Shown piece by piece: positions 18,425-28,571 of a stretch of 64,000 bases of DNA. The translations under genes and the position numbers were made by a program. Origin of the DNA: Bradymonadales bacterium (lineage in GTDB: Bacteria; Bdellovibrionota; UBA2394); contig REDG01000046.1 of assembly GCA_007693605.1 (NCBI GenBank), positions 1 to 64,000 of the forward strand, read 5' to 3'. The notes beneath the pieces are model-generated. The model did no database searches. It had not been told where the DNA came from and saw nothing but the letters and a program-made list of their open reading frames with translations. The first letter of the stretch is position 1, and each line of letters starts with the position of its first letter.

Positions 18425-20942
18425 AAGCAAGCTTGGATAGCCGTTCCTGTACCTCCCGAAAACTAGGATCAAGATTCTGAACTTCTTCAAAATGCTTTCG
18501 GGCTTCCGCTTTGTTCTCGAGGGCTAAAAAGGTTTCTCCGAGTTCATAGCTAAGGCTTAGTTTTTGTTGAGAAGCCAACTTCGGAATCGAAAGAGCTTCA
18601 GTGAAAAGCTTTAAGGCTTGTTCAAAGTCTTGCTTCTCTTTCAGAATCAATCCCATATGATAGATGGCCTCCACCCGACGAGATTCTGATTCACTGCAAA
18701 GCTTGAAGGCCTCGAAGGCATCTTCCAGAAGGCCCATTTCACGATAAGCAATGGCCAGATCAAAGTGAGTGTCGACATCATCAGCACCCAGGCTCTGAGC
18801 AACGCCCTCTTTAAAGGCGTTGAAGACATCTTTGACTTCGACGGGCACGGCTGATTTCTGCTCCGAATCTTCAAATTCATTTTGAAGTTCAGAGGCGAAA
18901 TCGAAGAAATCTTCGTCTTGCTCTCGATCATCTTCTTGCACCCGCAGCTTCATCTTGGTTCCCAAGGCTTGAAGCTCTACTTCTTTAGCACTCCCCACCG
19001 AGCTGGGCGCTGCCCCCAGCTTGGGCTCTGGGCTCGACTCTCCCTTCACATCGATTTGAGGAATCGTCCAATCTTGATGGTCTGGGTACTTTTGCTGAAG
19101 ACTCTTCAGAAGCTCTTCCGCCTCGTCCGCCAAACCCTGAGACTGAAAGAAGGCCACCTCTTCTAAGCCTTGCCGAATTTCAAAATCTCGATCTCCCAAC
19201 ACCTCTGAAGTGGACTCTTGATTCAACTCCAAGGGAGAGGCCCCTTCTTGAGACTCTAAGCTGAGGGGCTCAGAGGCATCGAGGGCCGCTTCTGAGACTT
19301 CCTCTCGAGTCGACGGAGGGGTCTCGGTCCCCAACTGCTGACCCAATTGTGCCAACTCACTCTCGTCGAAGTCTTTCTCTGACAGTAAAAACTCTCCATC
19401 CACTTGATCATCGTCAGGGTCTTTCGACTGAGCGGAAACTTCAGCTTGGGAAACATTCTCGGCTTCTAGGACCAATTCGTCGTCTGCGAGATCGATCACA
19501 TCCTCTTCATCCGAGACTTCGGCCCGAAGATCATCCGCCGCGAGCTTCTCATCCACGGGGCCCTCAGATTCCTCGTCATCAACCACGATAGAAATTTCAG
19601 AATCCACTACAAATGAATCTAGAGAGCTGACGCGCTCCCCACCCGAATCAGAACTCAGCTCAATGACATCTTCCTCAGACTCAGCGGGGCCGCCTGACTG
19701 CAGGCCAGAACTCCTCACCACTTGACTCAGTTCTTCTTCAGCCAAACTAGCCCACTCCGTTTTGTCTCTCTCTTTGGCAAGTACAGAAATCTCCTTCAGA
19801 AGTTTCTGGGCAGAGTCAAAGTCTTTCAACTCTGCAAAAACTGTTTTCAACTTCCAGCGAAGAGCCAGTGACTTCGGAAAGTTTTGCAATTGAACCGTAA
19901 GGACCTCTCTAGCTTTCTCAGCAAGTCCATATTTCAAATAAACATCACATTCCGACAGAATTTTGGTCTCGTCCGGACTTAAATTTCCGGACTTGAGCAG
20001 CGGCTCTCCCGGATCAATGGCATCAGCGGCCGCGCGGCTCAAGCGATTTGTTTGCGCTGGCTCGGGCTTCGGCCGACGGTCTTCTCCCGTCACTCTTGAC
20101 TCCACCTGCTTGAGCTTTTCTGCCTCACCCGACTTCCGATAAATCTTTACGAGTTCGACATCGACAGCCCGACTCTTGTCGTCTTGCTTCAACTGCCTGA
20201 AGGTTGAAGACAGCATTTCGAGAATTTCAGGATTGTAGGGGTCCGATCGAAAGGCTCTCTGCAGAGAAGAAAGGGCTCTCTTCGGCTCTCCTCCGGTCAA
20301 ATAGGTCTCCACCAGCTTTTGAAGGGACTCGATTCTCTGCGGAAACAGCTCACACCACTTTTCGTAGAACTTCGCCACATCGGCCAGACTTCGCTCTGTC
20401 ACGATGACTTCTTCTAAGCGCAAAAGAGCGTCTTCGGCCTCGTCAGGCTTCTCTTGCGACACAAAAAGCTCCGCCAACTTGAGCTGACTCTCCATATTGG
20501 TGGGGTCGAGTTCGGATATGTTCTTTAGAACCCGAAGCAGAGACTCCCGATTTTCTGTTTGGTCGTAATAATCGACCACAATTTTGAAGTGAGGCATCGC
20601 CTCAGAGGCCAAGTCGAGTTGCTGGTAAAGTTCTGCCAGACGATGGTGTACTTCAACAAGATCCTCCTTAGGAGCCTGATCCTGAATTTTGAGGATTCGT
20701 TTATAAATCGCTGCCGCCTTACTGTAAAAGCCGTCACGATGATAGATCTCGCCCACCCTCATCAGGACTTCGACCGCCTTTGGGTTCTGAGACTCTTTCA
20801 GATAAAGATCGGCTAGCTTGTTTAAAGCCTTCGCATCCTTAGGATCTTTCCTAATGATTTGATTCAGATAATCAATCGCCTTGGCCGTTTGACCCTTAAG
20901 TACAGCTTTTTCGGCGAGTGAGAATATCTTTGTTTTATCCAC
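18423..20942 (-). CDS. SgmX-like TPR protein (N-terminal TPRs, acidic linker, C-terminal TPRs)
   Basis: TPR repeats at both ends, DTHFDLAIAYREMGL motif, position downstream of pilQ-accB-accC. Confidence 0.75.
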   Translation of the reverse strand: MDKTKIFSLAEKAVLKGQTAKAIDYLNQIIRKDPKDAKALNKLADLYLKESQNPKAVEVLMRVGEIYHRDGFYSKAAAIYKRILKIQDQAPKEDLVEVHHRLAELYQQLDLASEAMPHFKIVVDYYDQTENRESLLRVLKNISELDPTNMESQLKLAELFVSQEKPDEAEDALLRLEEVIVTERSLADVAKFYEKWCELFPQRIESLQKLVETYLTGGEPKRALSSLQRAFRSDPYNPEILEMLSSTFRQLKQDDKSRAVDVELVKIYRKSGEAEKLKQVESRVTGEDRRPKPEPAQTNRLSRAAADAIDPGEPLLKSGNLSPDETKILSECDVYLKYGLAEKAREVLTVQLQNFPKSLALRWKLKTVFAELKDFDSAQKLLKEISVLAKERDKTEWASLAEEELSQVVRSSGLQSGGPAESEEDVIELSSDSGGERVSSLDSFVVDSEISIVVDDEESEGPVDEKLAADDLRAEVSDEEDVIDLADDELVLEAENVSQAEVSAQSKDPDDDQVDGEFLLSEKDFDESELAQLGQQLGTETPPSTREEVSEAALDASEPLSLESQEGASPLELNQESTSEVLGDRDFEIRQGLEEVAFFQSQGLADEAEELLKSLQQKYPDHQDWTIPQIDVKGESSPEPKLGAAPSSVGSAKEVELQALGTKMKLRVQEDDREQDEDFFDFASELQNEFEDSEQKSAVPVEVKDVFNAFKEGVAQSLGADDVDTHFDLAIAYREMGLLEDAFEAFKLCSESESRRVEAIYHMGLILKEKQDFEQALKLFTEALSIPKLASQQKLSLSYELGETFLALENKAEARKHFEEVQNLDPSFREVQERLSKLA

Positions 20943-21011
20943 AGCGACTCCAGGACATCCCCTTTATTTTACTAGGAAAAGAGGATTATCGCACGGCATC
21001 AATCGGCGGCT

Positions 21012-22349
21012 TTAGGCCCGAGATTCCAAAAACTTGGTATCATAATTTCCCTCCCTAAAAACGGGATGATCCATGATCTCTAGGTGCAGGGGAATGGTCG
21101 TTTTGATCCCCTGTATCACAAATTCTCGAAGGGCTTGCTTCATCTTTTCAATTGCCGCAACGCGGCTGTCTGCATGAACAATCAGCTTGGCAATCATTGA
21201 GTCATAGTAAGGCGGCACAAAATAATCAGAACAAGCCGTCGACTCTAGTCGAACGCCAAATCCCATAGGAGGATGAAAGAGACTAATCAAGCCCGGGCAG
21301 GGCTGAAAGTTCTTGGGGTCCTCTGCCAAAATTCGGCACTCAATCGAATGACCCCGAAACTGAAGATCAGACTGCTTGAGTTTCAAATTCTGCCCCTGTG
21401 CGACTTCAATTTGAGCTTTTACAAGGTCAAAGCCCGTCACCATCTCTGTCACCGGATGCTCGACTTGAATTCTTGTGTTCATCTCTAAGAAATAAAAATT
21501 TTTGTCTGCGTCTAACACAAACTCAACAGTGCCGGCGGAATAGTAGCCGACCTGCTCGGCCAACTGCACGGCCACCTTTCCCATTTGTTGCCGAGTCGAC
21601 TCTTCCAAAATCGGACAAAGGGCCTCTTCTACGAGCTTCTGATGCCTCCGTTGAATAGAGCAATCTCTCTCTCCAAAGTGGAGGACCTTACCACTCTGAT
21701 CGCCTAGAACTTGAACCTCAACATGTTTGGGCGAGACGCAATACTTCTCGACATAGACTTCATCACTTCCAAAGGCCTTCAGACTTTCTGAGCGAGCCAA
21801 AGAATACAGGGAAGTCCACTCCTCGGGCGACTTTACGAGCTTCATCCCTCGGCCCCCACCCCCCATGGCGGCTTTGATCAGAACCGGATAGCCAATCTCC
21901 TTGAGAGCATGCATCACTTCAGGGGTCGACATCTCAGGCTTCACCACCAATGACGGTAGGGTGGGTACCCCCGCTTTGTGTGCCAACTCTTTCGCTCGAA
22001 TCTTATGACCCATCTGATCGATCACATCGGGACTCGGCCCAATAAAACACAAATTCTCTGCCTGACAGGCCCGCGCAAAGGTCGCGTTCTCCGCGAGAAA
22101 GCCATAGCCCGGATGAACCGCGTCTGCACCCGTAACCTCTGCAGCCGCGAGCAAACTGGACATATTCAAATAACTCTCTGATGCCTGTGGGGGCCCAATG
22201 CAAACAGACTCATCCGCAAACTTCACATGAAGCGCATCCGCATCTGCGGTCGAATAGACCGCCACCGTCGACAAGCCCAACTCATGACAAGCCCGATTGA
22301 TACGAAGAGCGATCTCCCCTCGATTGGCAATGAGTACTTTTTTCATCAC
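21012..22349 (-). CDS. accC: Acetyl-CoA carboxylase biotin carboxylase subunit
   Basis: IANRGEIALR, HPGYGFLAEN, GGGGRGM, ERDCSIQRRHQK, EMNTRIQVEH, YYDSMIAK. Confidence 0.96.
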   Translation of the reverse strand: MMKKVLIANRGEIALRINRACHELGLSTVAVYSTADADALHVKFADESVCIGPPQASESYLNMSSLLAAAEVTGADAVHPGYGFLAENATFARACQAENLCFIGPSPDVIDQMGHKIRAKELAHKAGVPTLPSLVVKPEMSTPEVMHALKEIGYPVLIKAAMGGGGRGMKLVKSPEEWTSLYSLARSESLKAFGSDEVYVEKYCVSPKHVEVQVLGDQSGKVLHFGERDCSIQRRHQKLVEEALCPILEESTRQQMGKVAVQLAEQVGYYSAGTVEFVLDADKNFYFLEMNTRIQVEHPVTEMVTGFDLVKAQIEVAQGQNLKLKQSDLQFRGHSIECRILAEDPKNFQPCPGLISLFHPPMGFGVRLESTACSDYFVPPYYDSMIAKLIVHADSRVAAIEKMKQALREFVIQGIKTTIPLHLEIMDHPVFREGNYDTKFLESRA

Positions 22350-22840
22350 CCAGAGCTACTACGAATTCCAAAAAGTGGGGCGTTAAAGTCAACAGGCATC
22401 CCGTTGTCGGCAAAAACCTTCTCTACAATTCCACTCACATCACTTTCAATTTCGTTCATGACTTTCATGGCCTCCACAATACAAAGAGTCTGACCCTTTG
22501 AGACGCTTTGGCCCACTTGAACAAAAGCCTCTGCATCGGGTGAAGAGGCTTTGTAGAAAGTCCCGACAAAAGGGGATCGTACCAGCTGAAGATCTCCGTC
22601 AGTGGCTTCCGGCTTAGAGGCAGAACTTGGGGCAGCGCTTCCCAAGACCGGGCTTGGTCGAGAGGGCAGAACAATGGACTCTGTCGACTCGACTTTGCCT
22701 CTCACTCTGATCTTGAAGTCAGCCTGAGAAATCTCAATCTCAGAAAGCTCGGTGGCCTTCAGAAGCTCAGAAAGCTTGCGAATCAGTTTCTCAGGAAGTT
22801 CGATGCCGTCTAAGGGATTGGGGGGGCTGTTTTTTGCCAT
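22346..22840 (-). CDS. accB: Biotin carboxyl carrier protein
   Basis: SPFVGTFY and EAMKVMNEI biotinylation motif. Confidence 0.95.
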   Translation of the reverse strand: MAKNSPPNPLDGIELPEKLIRKLSELLKATELSEIEISQADFKIRVRGKVESTESIVLPSRPSPVLGSAAPSSASKPEATDGDLQLVRSPFVGTFYKASSPDAEAFVQVGQSVSKGQTLCIVEAMKVMNEIESDVSGIVEKVFADNGMPVDFNAPLFGIRSSSG

Positions 22841-22885
22841 CCCCCAAACAAAACGCGCTTCCTTCCAAAAGTCGACGGATTTTTT

Positions 22886-25156
22886 TTAATTCGAGCTTCG
22901 CTCCGAGTTCTCTGCCGGACCCATGACCGCTTCACGGCCATCACTCAAAATGGTCGGCGTGATGAAAATCAGGGTCTCCTCGCGCTGAACCGTCTTAGAC
23001 TCTCCCTTGAAAAGCCAACCCAGAATCGGCAATCTCATTAGGCCCGGCACCCCTCCGCGTCCGAAGTTGTCTGTCGTCTTAAAGACCCCTCCCAAAACGG
23101 CGGTTCTTCCACTTTTCACAAGAAGCTGGGTCTCAGCCTCACGAATATTGATGATTTGGTTGCCGCCCACGCCGGCCCCACCGGGCTCGTTGCTTCGGGT
23201 AGAGACTTGTAAAATGATGGCCCCATCATTGGTGATCTGCGGAGTCACCGAGACTTCGATTCCCGCATCCTGAAAGGAAACATTCGAGCCTTCAGAACCC
23301 GTTGAAAGAAAAGGAATTCTCGAGCCTTGAATGATTCGGGCGGTCCGGTTGTCTAGAACGGTGATGCTGGGTCGAGAGACTACTCTCGCAATCTGCTCCG
23401 TTTCCGCATAGCGAAGCTGCAGGTCAAGATTGAAGACCTCAGAAACCGAACCCAATCGAAAACCGAGAGCCCCGCCAGACTCTTCCGCTCCGGGCAAGGC
23501 GTCTACAGCGAATGTTCCCAAATCTCCCGGGGAAGGCGCTCTAAATCCGGCAGCAGGATCTCCAATCGGAGCCCCCACGCCAATTCGCCTTGGAAACTGC
23601 CAACTGGTTTGATTGTTGTTCGACTCATCCAAGCGAAGGGTCGGGCCCCACTGAATACCAATCGATCGACCAAAGGTATCAGAAGCTTGAACAATTCGAC
23701 TTTCAATTCGAACTTGCGGAGTTTGAGTGTCAAGAACCCGAATGAGATTCTCCACTCTTGAGAGATTCTCTCCGATGTCTTCCACAATCAGTGTATTGGT
23801 TCGCTGATCGACATCCACTTTTCCTCTCTCTGAAAGAAGGTTTTGAATTCGACCGGCCATTTCGCCAGCTTGGGCATAGTTGACATTAAAGAGCTTCAGG
23901 CGAAGGGGCTCCAGCTGCTTCGCCGCTTGATCATTTGCCAAGGCCACTTCTCTTTCGCGCTTTAAAGCCTCGACCGGAGCGACCCTCAAAATGTTTCCGT
24001 GTTGTACCTTGTCGAGCCCTCTCGAAGTGAGAATGATATCCAAAGCTTGATCCCAGGGAACATCCACCAGCTTCAAGGTGATTCTGCCTGTGACATTATC
24101 TCCAATGATCACATTCAGTTTTGAAACCTCGGCAATCAATCGAATAACATCTTGAATCTCGGCATCTTGGAACTCCAGAGAAACGCGAGTTCCAGTATAA
24201 ACTCGATCTCCCATACCACTGAGAAGTGAAGTACCTTCTGTAAAGACCGAGGCCGAAATATCTTGGGTCTGAATTGGAGCCGGGAGAATCTCTTCCTCTT
24301 CAGGCTCGACAATCACCCGAGCCTTTGCCGGAGGGCTTACAGGCTCTAAGTCCTCAAAGCTTGGAAGCGGCATGGGATCAATCGCTGGTGCTGGGGTTTG
24401 AGCGACTTGAGGCTGCTCCGGCATTTGCACTACGGGCGCGGGTTTCGGAAGCTCTGGAGCCGGTACAGACTCGGCCATTTTTGGCGCCTCAACCGCTGGC
24501 TCCTCAGCCATTTCGAAACTCGGAAAGTCAAAAGCCTCCTCTTCGGCAAAAAAATCAAAGCTCTCATCTTCGAATGACGGGCTCTCGACGGGAGCTTCTT
24601 GCGCCATTTCGGAAGGAGTAGGAATCTCTTCTAGATCATCAAAGGCAGGTAGGTCGATGTCCCCGAAGGCGCCCCAATCATCTTCAAAAAAGTCATCAAT
24701 CGAATCCTCTTCGGCTCTGAGTTGCCAGTCTCCCCCGATCGGAAAGACCCGAACGGCGAGCCCGTCGGCTTCAGCGCCCACCAAATAGTTGGCGTCAGCC
24801 GCCAGTCGCACTTCTAATCTGACCAAACTCGACAGAGCGTCTTCAATGGCCTGAACCTGTACTCTCTGAATAATGCCTTTGCCCTCAATCTCTGTTGAGA
24901 GATTGGCGCTGGGTCGAGCGTCAATCAGATCCACCATAATTCGATGGGGGTCTGTCAATTTGAAAACATTGTAACGAAGATCGGGATCGGCATGAATCAG
25001 CATTTGCACCTGTCCGTTGTCTTCGACCAACTCGATCTTTTGTACCCGGTAAGTTCCCTCTTGAAAGGCGGTTTCTTGAACCTGCGCCGTTTGCGCCGCA
25101 CAACCTGCTAAAAAGAGGAATCCAACGATATATTTACTGATTGACTGGCCCAACAT
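22886..25156 (-). CDS. pilQ: Type IV pilus secretin with AMIN domain and long acidic/Pro-rich linker
   Basis: VSLEFQDAEI, VPWDQALD, QVRIESRIVQ, LPILGWLFK; last gene of pilMNOPQ. Confidence 0.95.
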   Translation of the reverse strand: MLGQSISKYIVGFLFLAGCAAQTAQVQETAFQEGTYRVQKIELVEDNGQVQMLIHADPDLRYNVFKLTDPHRIMVDLIDARPSANLSTEIEGKGIIQRVQVQAIEDALSSLVRLEVRLAADANYLVGAEADGLAVRVFPIGGDWQLRAEEDSIDDFFEDDWGAFGDIDLPAFDDLEEIPTPSEMAQEAPVESPSFEDESFDFFAEEEAFDFPSFEMAEEPAVEAPKMAESVPAPELPKPAPVVQMPEQPQVAQTPAPAIDPMPLPSFEDLEPVSPPAKARVIVEPEEEEILPAPIQTQDISASVFTEGTSLLSGMGDRVYTGTRVSLEFQDAEIQDVIRLIAEVSKLNVIIGDNVTGRITLKLVDVPWDQALDIILTSRGLDKVQHGNILRVAPVEALKREREVALANDQAAKQLEPLRLKLFNVNYAQAGEMAGRIQNLLSERGKVDVDQRTNTLIVEDIGENLSRVENLIRVLDTQTPQVRIESRIVQASDTFGRSIGIQWGPTLRLDESNNNQTSWQFPRRIGVGAPIGDPAAGFRAPSPGDLGTFAVDALPGAEESGGALGFRLGSVSEVFNLDLQLRYAETEQIARVVSRPSITVLDNRTARIIQGSRIPFLSTGSEGSNVSFQDAGIEVSVTPQITNDGAIILQVSTRSNEPGGAGVGGNQIINIREAETQLLVKSGRTAVLGGVFKTTDNFGRGGVPGLMRLPILGWLFKGESKTVQREETLIFITPTILSDGREAVMGPAENSERSSN

Positions 25157-25175
25157 AGTTCTCCCCTACTTTCCG

Positions 25176-25619
25176 TTACTTGCGATCTGACTCTAAAAGC
25201 ATCGAATGTTCACTCACGACCAACTTACCCAGTGGATCCCGAAACTCTTCGGCTACCACGACTCGGTCTCTCAAAATTCTCACAACGCGACCTCGATTGC
25301 GTCCAATTCTCGTTCCTCTTCCGATGATATGCCCTCGATTCGAACCGTCTCGAACGATAGCTCTCGGATTCGCCATCCCCCAAACCACTCCGGTCAGCCG
25401 AAACTTATTGAGGTCATAGTTTAAGAGGGGATTGTCAGACGAAGGCCTCTCTGCATCTCCCCGGCGAATGAAGCTTTCAAAGGGATCTCTCTTTCCGAAA
25501 GGATTATATGTATAAGACATCGGATCAAAGGCGGGTCGCACCGCCTCTTCGCCTGCTTCGCCACCAACATTTTGGACCAAAAGCAAGGCGCTTAGACCGA
25601 TCGAAAGAACCGATATCAT
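25176..25619 (-). CDS. pilP: Type IV pilus assembly protein PilP
   Basis: YNPFGKRDPF, PLLNYDLNKFRLTGVVW, GTRIGRNRG. Confidence 0.9.
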   Translation of the reverse strand: MISVLSIGLSALLLVQNVGGEAGEEAVRPAFDPMSYTYNPFGKRDPFESFIRRGDAERPSSDNPLLNYDLNKFRLTGVVWGMANPRAIVRDGSNRGHIIGRGTRIGRNRGRVVRILRDRVVVAEEFRDPLGKLVVSEHSMLLESDRK

Positions 25620-26200
25620 TACTGACCTCCCGTGAACATAAAGGTCGTGGCCGTTGCGTTCACATTTAAGACTTCTCGATCTCCACGAGCCGCAGGAGTG
25701 CTCGCCCCTCCCAACTCAATATTCGAAATGTTTACAATTCGATTCATCTTGCCCACCCGATCAAAAAATACGGCCACTTCGTGATACCCACCGGTAATCT
25801 GAAGTCGCAACGGAAGCTCTGAATAGAGGTTTCTGGTCTGGGGATTTCCCGGTTCAAAGGATCGAAATGTAATTCCAGATTGATTTCCCAATGTGTAGAT
25901 ATCTCTCAAAAGTTGTGGGATTTCCCTTTCTCTAGGAAGCTGCCGAAGAGCGACTCTTAAGTCCTCTTCGAGTCGTCTTGTATTTTCTTGAAAGGTCGAA
26001 AGGTCGTCAGCCACCCGTTGCCGATCTTCAAACTGCCTTTCAAGTCGAGACCGCTCCTCTTGGAGAGAAGCGACCTTTGCTGAAATCTCACTCCATTTGC
26101 CAAACTGGTAGTAGGCAAGAATACCTAAGATCACGACAACCAGGCCGATCACCTTAAACAGAACTGGTACTTTATTAAGCTTGTCGAGAATCTTCTGCAT
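25619..26200 (-). CDS. pilO: Type IV pilus assembly protein PilO
   Basis: N-terminal TM, coiled coil, LPREREIPQLL, GGYHEVAVFF, RIVNI. Confidence 0.92.
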   Translation of the reverse strand: MQKILDKLNKVPVLFKVIGLVVVILGILAYYQFGKWSEISAKVASLQEERSRLERQFEDRQRVADDLSTFQENTRRLEEDLRVALRQLPREREIPQLLRDIYTLGNQSGITFRSFEPGNPQTRNLYSELPLRLQITGGYHEVAVFFDRVGKMNRIVNISNIELGGASTPAARGDREVLNVNATATTFMFTGGQ

Positions 26201-26201
26201 A

Positions 26202-26747
26202 TTACCCGCCGTAGTTTACCCTCACATTGATTGTAAATCGTTGAACCGTTACCCCGCCTTGATCTGCCGACTGCACCGTTTGAAGCTCAGGATTGATAAA
26301 GTACTTCGATTGCTTCATGGCATCCAAGAAGTCTGCAATCACGGGGCCGTCTGAAGCAAAGCCCTGCAAAGTGACCGATTGATTCTGTTCCCGAAAACTG
26401 TTGATCCAAAGCTGTCGGGGGATAATCTCTGTGAGCTCGTCCATGACTCGAACAGGACCTGTTCGACCCGCTTCGAGGCTGCGAATCACATTCAGTTGAG
26501 ACTGCAAAGTCTGTTGCTGCTGTCGAAATCTCTCGACTTGACCGACCCGAGCCTCTAGCTGCTGAATTTGCTGTCGTATGCTGCTGTTTTGTCGCTCGAT
26601 GGCCCCAATCGCTTTTTCTCTTTCGCCCGTCAGAAGATGACAAATTCCAAAGACCACCACAATCGCCACCACTCCCACGATCGCCTCAATGATCAGCCGC
26701 TCTTGCTTTCTTACCTTCGGAACAGGAATCAGGTTGATGCGAATCAT
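26202..26747 (-). CDS. pilN: Type IV pilus assembly protein PilN
   Basis: MIRINLIP motif, TM segment, coiled coil. Confidence 0.92.
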   Translation of the reverse strand: MIRINLIPVPKVRKQERLIIEAIVGVVAIVVVFGICHLLTGEREKAIGAIERQNSSIRQQIQQLEARVGQVERFRQQQQTLQSQLNVIRSLEAGRTGPVRVMDELTEIIPRQLWINSFREQNQSVTLQGFASDGPVIADFLDAMKQSKYFINPELQTVQSADQGGVTVQRFTINVRVNYGG

Positions 26748-27817
26748 TGCGGCTTATCTCCTAGTCGTCGAGTCGCTAGCCCGGCAACCACACAGCTCAT
26801 CGGGCCGATCTCTGAGAGATAATCCGGATCAAACTCTTTCGGGTTGAAGGAAATGCTTCGGAAGGGATCTGAAATCTGTATCGGGCAATTCAAGGTGCTC
26901 TCGAGCGCTTCTTTCAGACCCGCCACTTTGGCCGTTCCGCCGCTCAAGACAACGCGCGACAGGCTAGCTCCCGAAGCGGTGGCCAAGAAGAAATCAATAC
27001 TTCGCTGAATCTCTACGGCCATGGCCTCAGAAGTGCTTCGAAGAATGGCTCCCACTTCTTGCGGGACAATGGCCTCGGTGGTGCTCTGAGCACTGCTGAT
27101 ATTGCCGCCCAGCTTCAGGGCTTCGGCCTCTTCGTAGTTCACATTCAATTGCTTCTGAATCTCTTCGGTGAACTGATTTCCACCCATATTTATGTCGCGG
27201 GTGAAGGCGGTGATCCCGTTGGTCAGAATATTGATATTGATCAGGCCAGCTCCGATATTAACCAGGGCGACGATTTCTCCGGCCTCTAAATCTTGCGAGA
27301 GGTCATAGGCATTCTCAATGGCGAAGGAATCTACATCTAGAATCAAAGGCTTGAGACCCGCCTCAGAGACTACGGCCGTGTACTCTTGAATCATATCTCT
27401 CTTGGCGGCCACCAGCAGAACTTCCATCTGCCCTGTTTCTTCATTGATATTAAGAATCTGGGTGTCGAGATTAACATCGTTAATGGAGAAAGGAATGTAC
27501 TGCTCGGCCTCCCACTGTATACTTTCTTCGAGTTCTTCTTCGCTCATCACCGGCAGACTGATTTTTTTGATAATGACGGAGTGGCCGGATACGCTGGTCG
27601 ACACATCTCTGGTCTTGATCTTGTGTCGTGCAACCAGATCTCGGATTCCCTCAACAATCGCCGCGCTGTTCATGATGGCGCCGTCGACAATGGCTTCTGC
27701 CGGCAGCTTGTGAAGCCCAAACTTCAGAAGCTTCCAGGCCCCACCACGGGCCTCTTTCAGCTCCATCACCTTGATGGAGTGACTTCCTATATCTAATCCT
27801 AAAACCCCTCGACCCAT
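26744..27817 (-). CDS. pilM: Type IV pilus assembly protein PilM
   Basis: GLDIGSHSIK, EAEQYIPF, VLLVAAK, LSGG, AGLATR. Confidence 0.95.
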   Translation of the reverse strand: MGRGVLGLDIGSHSIKVMELKEARGGAWKLLKFGLHKLPAEAIVDGAIMNSAAIVEGIRDLVARHKIKTRDVSTSVSGHSVIIKKISLPVMSEEELEESIQWEAEQYIPFSINDVNLDTQILNINEETGQMEVLLVAAKRDMIQEYTAVVSEAGLKPLILDVDSFAIENAYDLSQDLEAGEIVALVNIGAGLININILTNGITAFTRDINMGGNQFTEEIQKQLNVNYEEAEALKLGGNISSAQSTTEAIVPQEVGAILRSTSEAMAVEIQRSIDFFLATASGASLSRVVLSGGTAKVAGLKEALESTLNCPIQISDPFRSISFNPKEFDPDYLSEIGPMSCVVAGLATRRLGDKPQ

Positions 27818-27959
27818 AGTCTCCGTCTCACTTTAAAGCGCCAAATTTAGACTGCGCGCTCCTTTATCTTATCGAGCAGAACAGAAGTCGGTCAAGTTTT
27901 CTAAATGATTTCAATTACTTAGGGGCATCGCATCAAGCGCAAAGTGCGGGCTTGCTGCG

Positions 27960-28547
27960 TCAGCGATCAAAGCGCAAAGTGTCAAGCGTCTGCACTCGCC
28001 AGCGCTGAAAGCGATCTCGAAAGAGCACCCCGACCACAACACGACTGCTGGTGGCCGTTACCTCGATGACTCGATAGAAACGGAGGTATTGCTCGGAGTC
28101 GAAGGCGGCATTTTGAATGATGCCACAGAAATCTCCGCCGTCGGCCGCTCCCGGGCTCAGGTCGGCCCGTACGACATCAAAACTTCGGTCGTTCTGCGAG
28201 AGAATTCCATTTGTCACGCAGCCTCCGTCATTTGTAGGCCAGCCGGCATTCAAATCAAACAGGCCCGACTGCCGAAAGGCGTCGGCACATGGACCTGTAG
28301 CTGAATCTGCAATTACCGCATCACAAGTGCCTCCGGAGTTCAAATTCGAAAAATCGACCCGTCTCAGTCGCTGCATCAAGTCATTGGCGATGCTGGTGGC
28401 GTCAGTGGTTTGTTGCGAAAGCACATTGCTTCGAAGCACCACCACGGTCATGCCCGCCAAACCCAAAAGCCCAATGGCCAGAATCAACATCGCCACCAAG
28501 ACTTCAATCAAGGTGAAGGCTCGAAATTTAAAGTTTTTCATCATCAC
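27960..28547 (-). CDS. Minor type IV pilin, PilV-like
   Basis: Class III signal RA|FTLIEVLVAMLILAIGLLGLAGM. Confidence 0.85.
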   Translation of the reverse strand: MMMKNFKFRAFTLIEVLVAMLILAIGLLGLAGMTVVVLRSNVLSQQTTDATSIANDLMQRLRRVDFSNLNSGGTCDAVIADSATGPCADAFRQSGLFDLNAGWPTNDGGCVTNGILSQNDRSFDVVRADLSPGAADGGDFCGIIQNAAFDSEQYLRFYRVIEVTATSSRVVVGVLFRDRFQRWRVQTLDTLRFDR

Positions 28548-28571
28548 TCTGCTTTTTCTCCTAGGCCAATT

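Noticed and set aside
27901..27922. CTAAATGATTTCAATTACTTAG as a dif site
   Set aside because: No XerD arm (TTATGTTAAA); at most an imperfect IHF-like site upstream of pilM.
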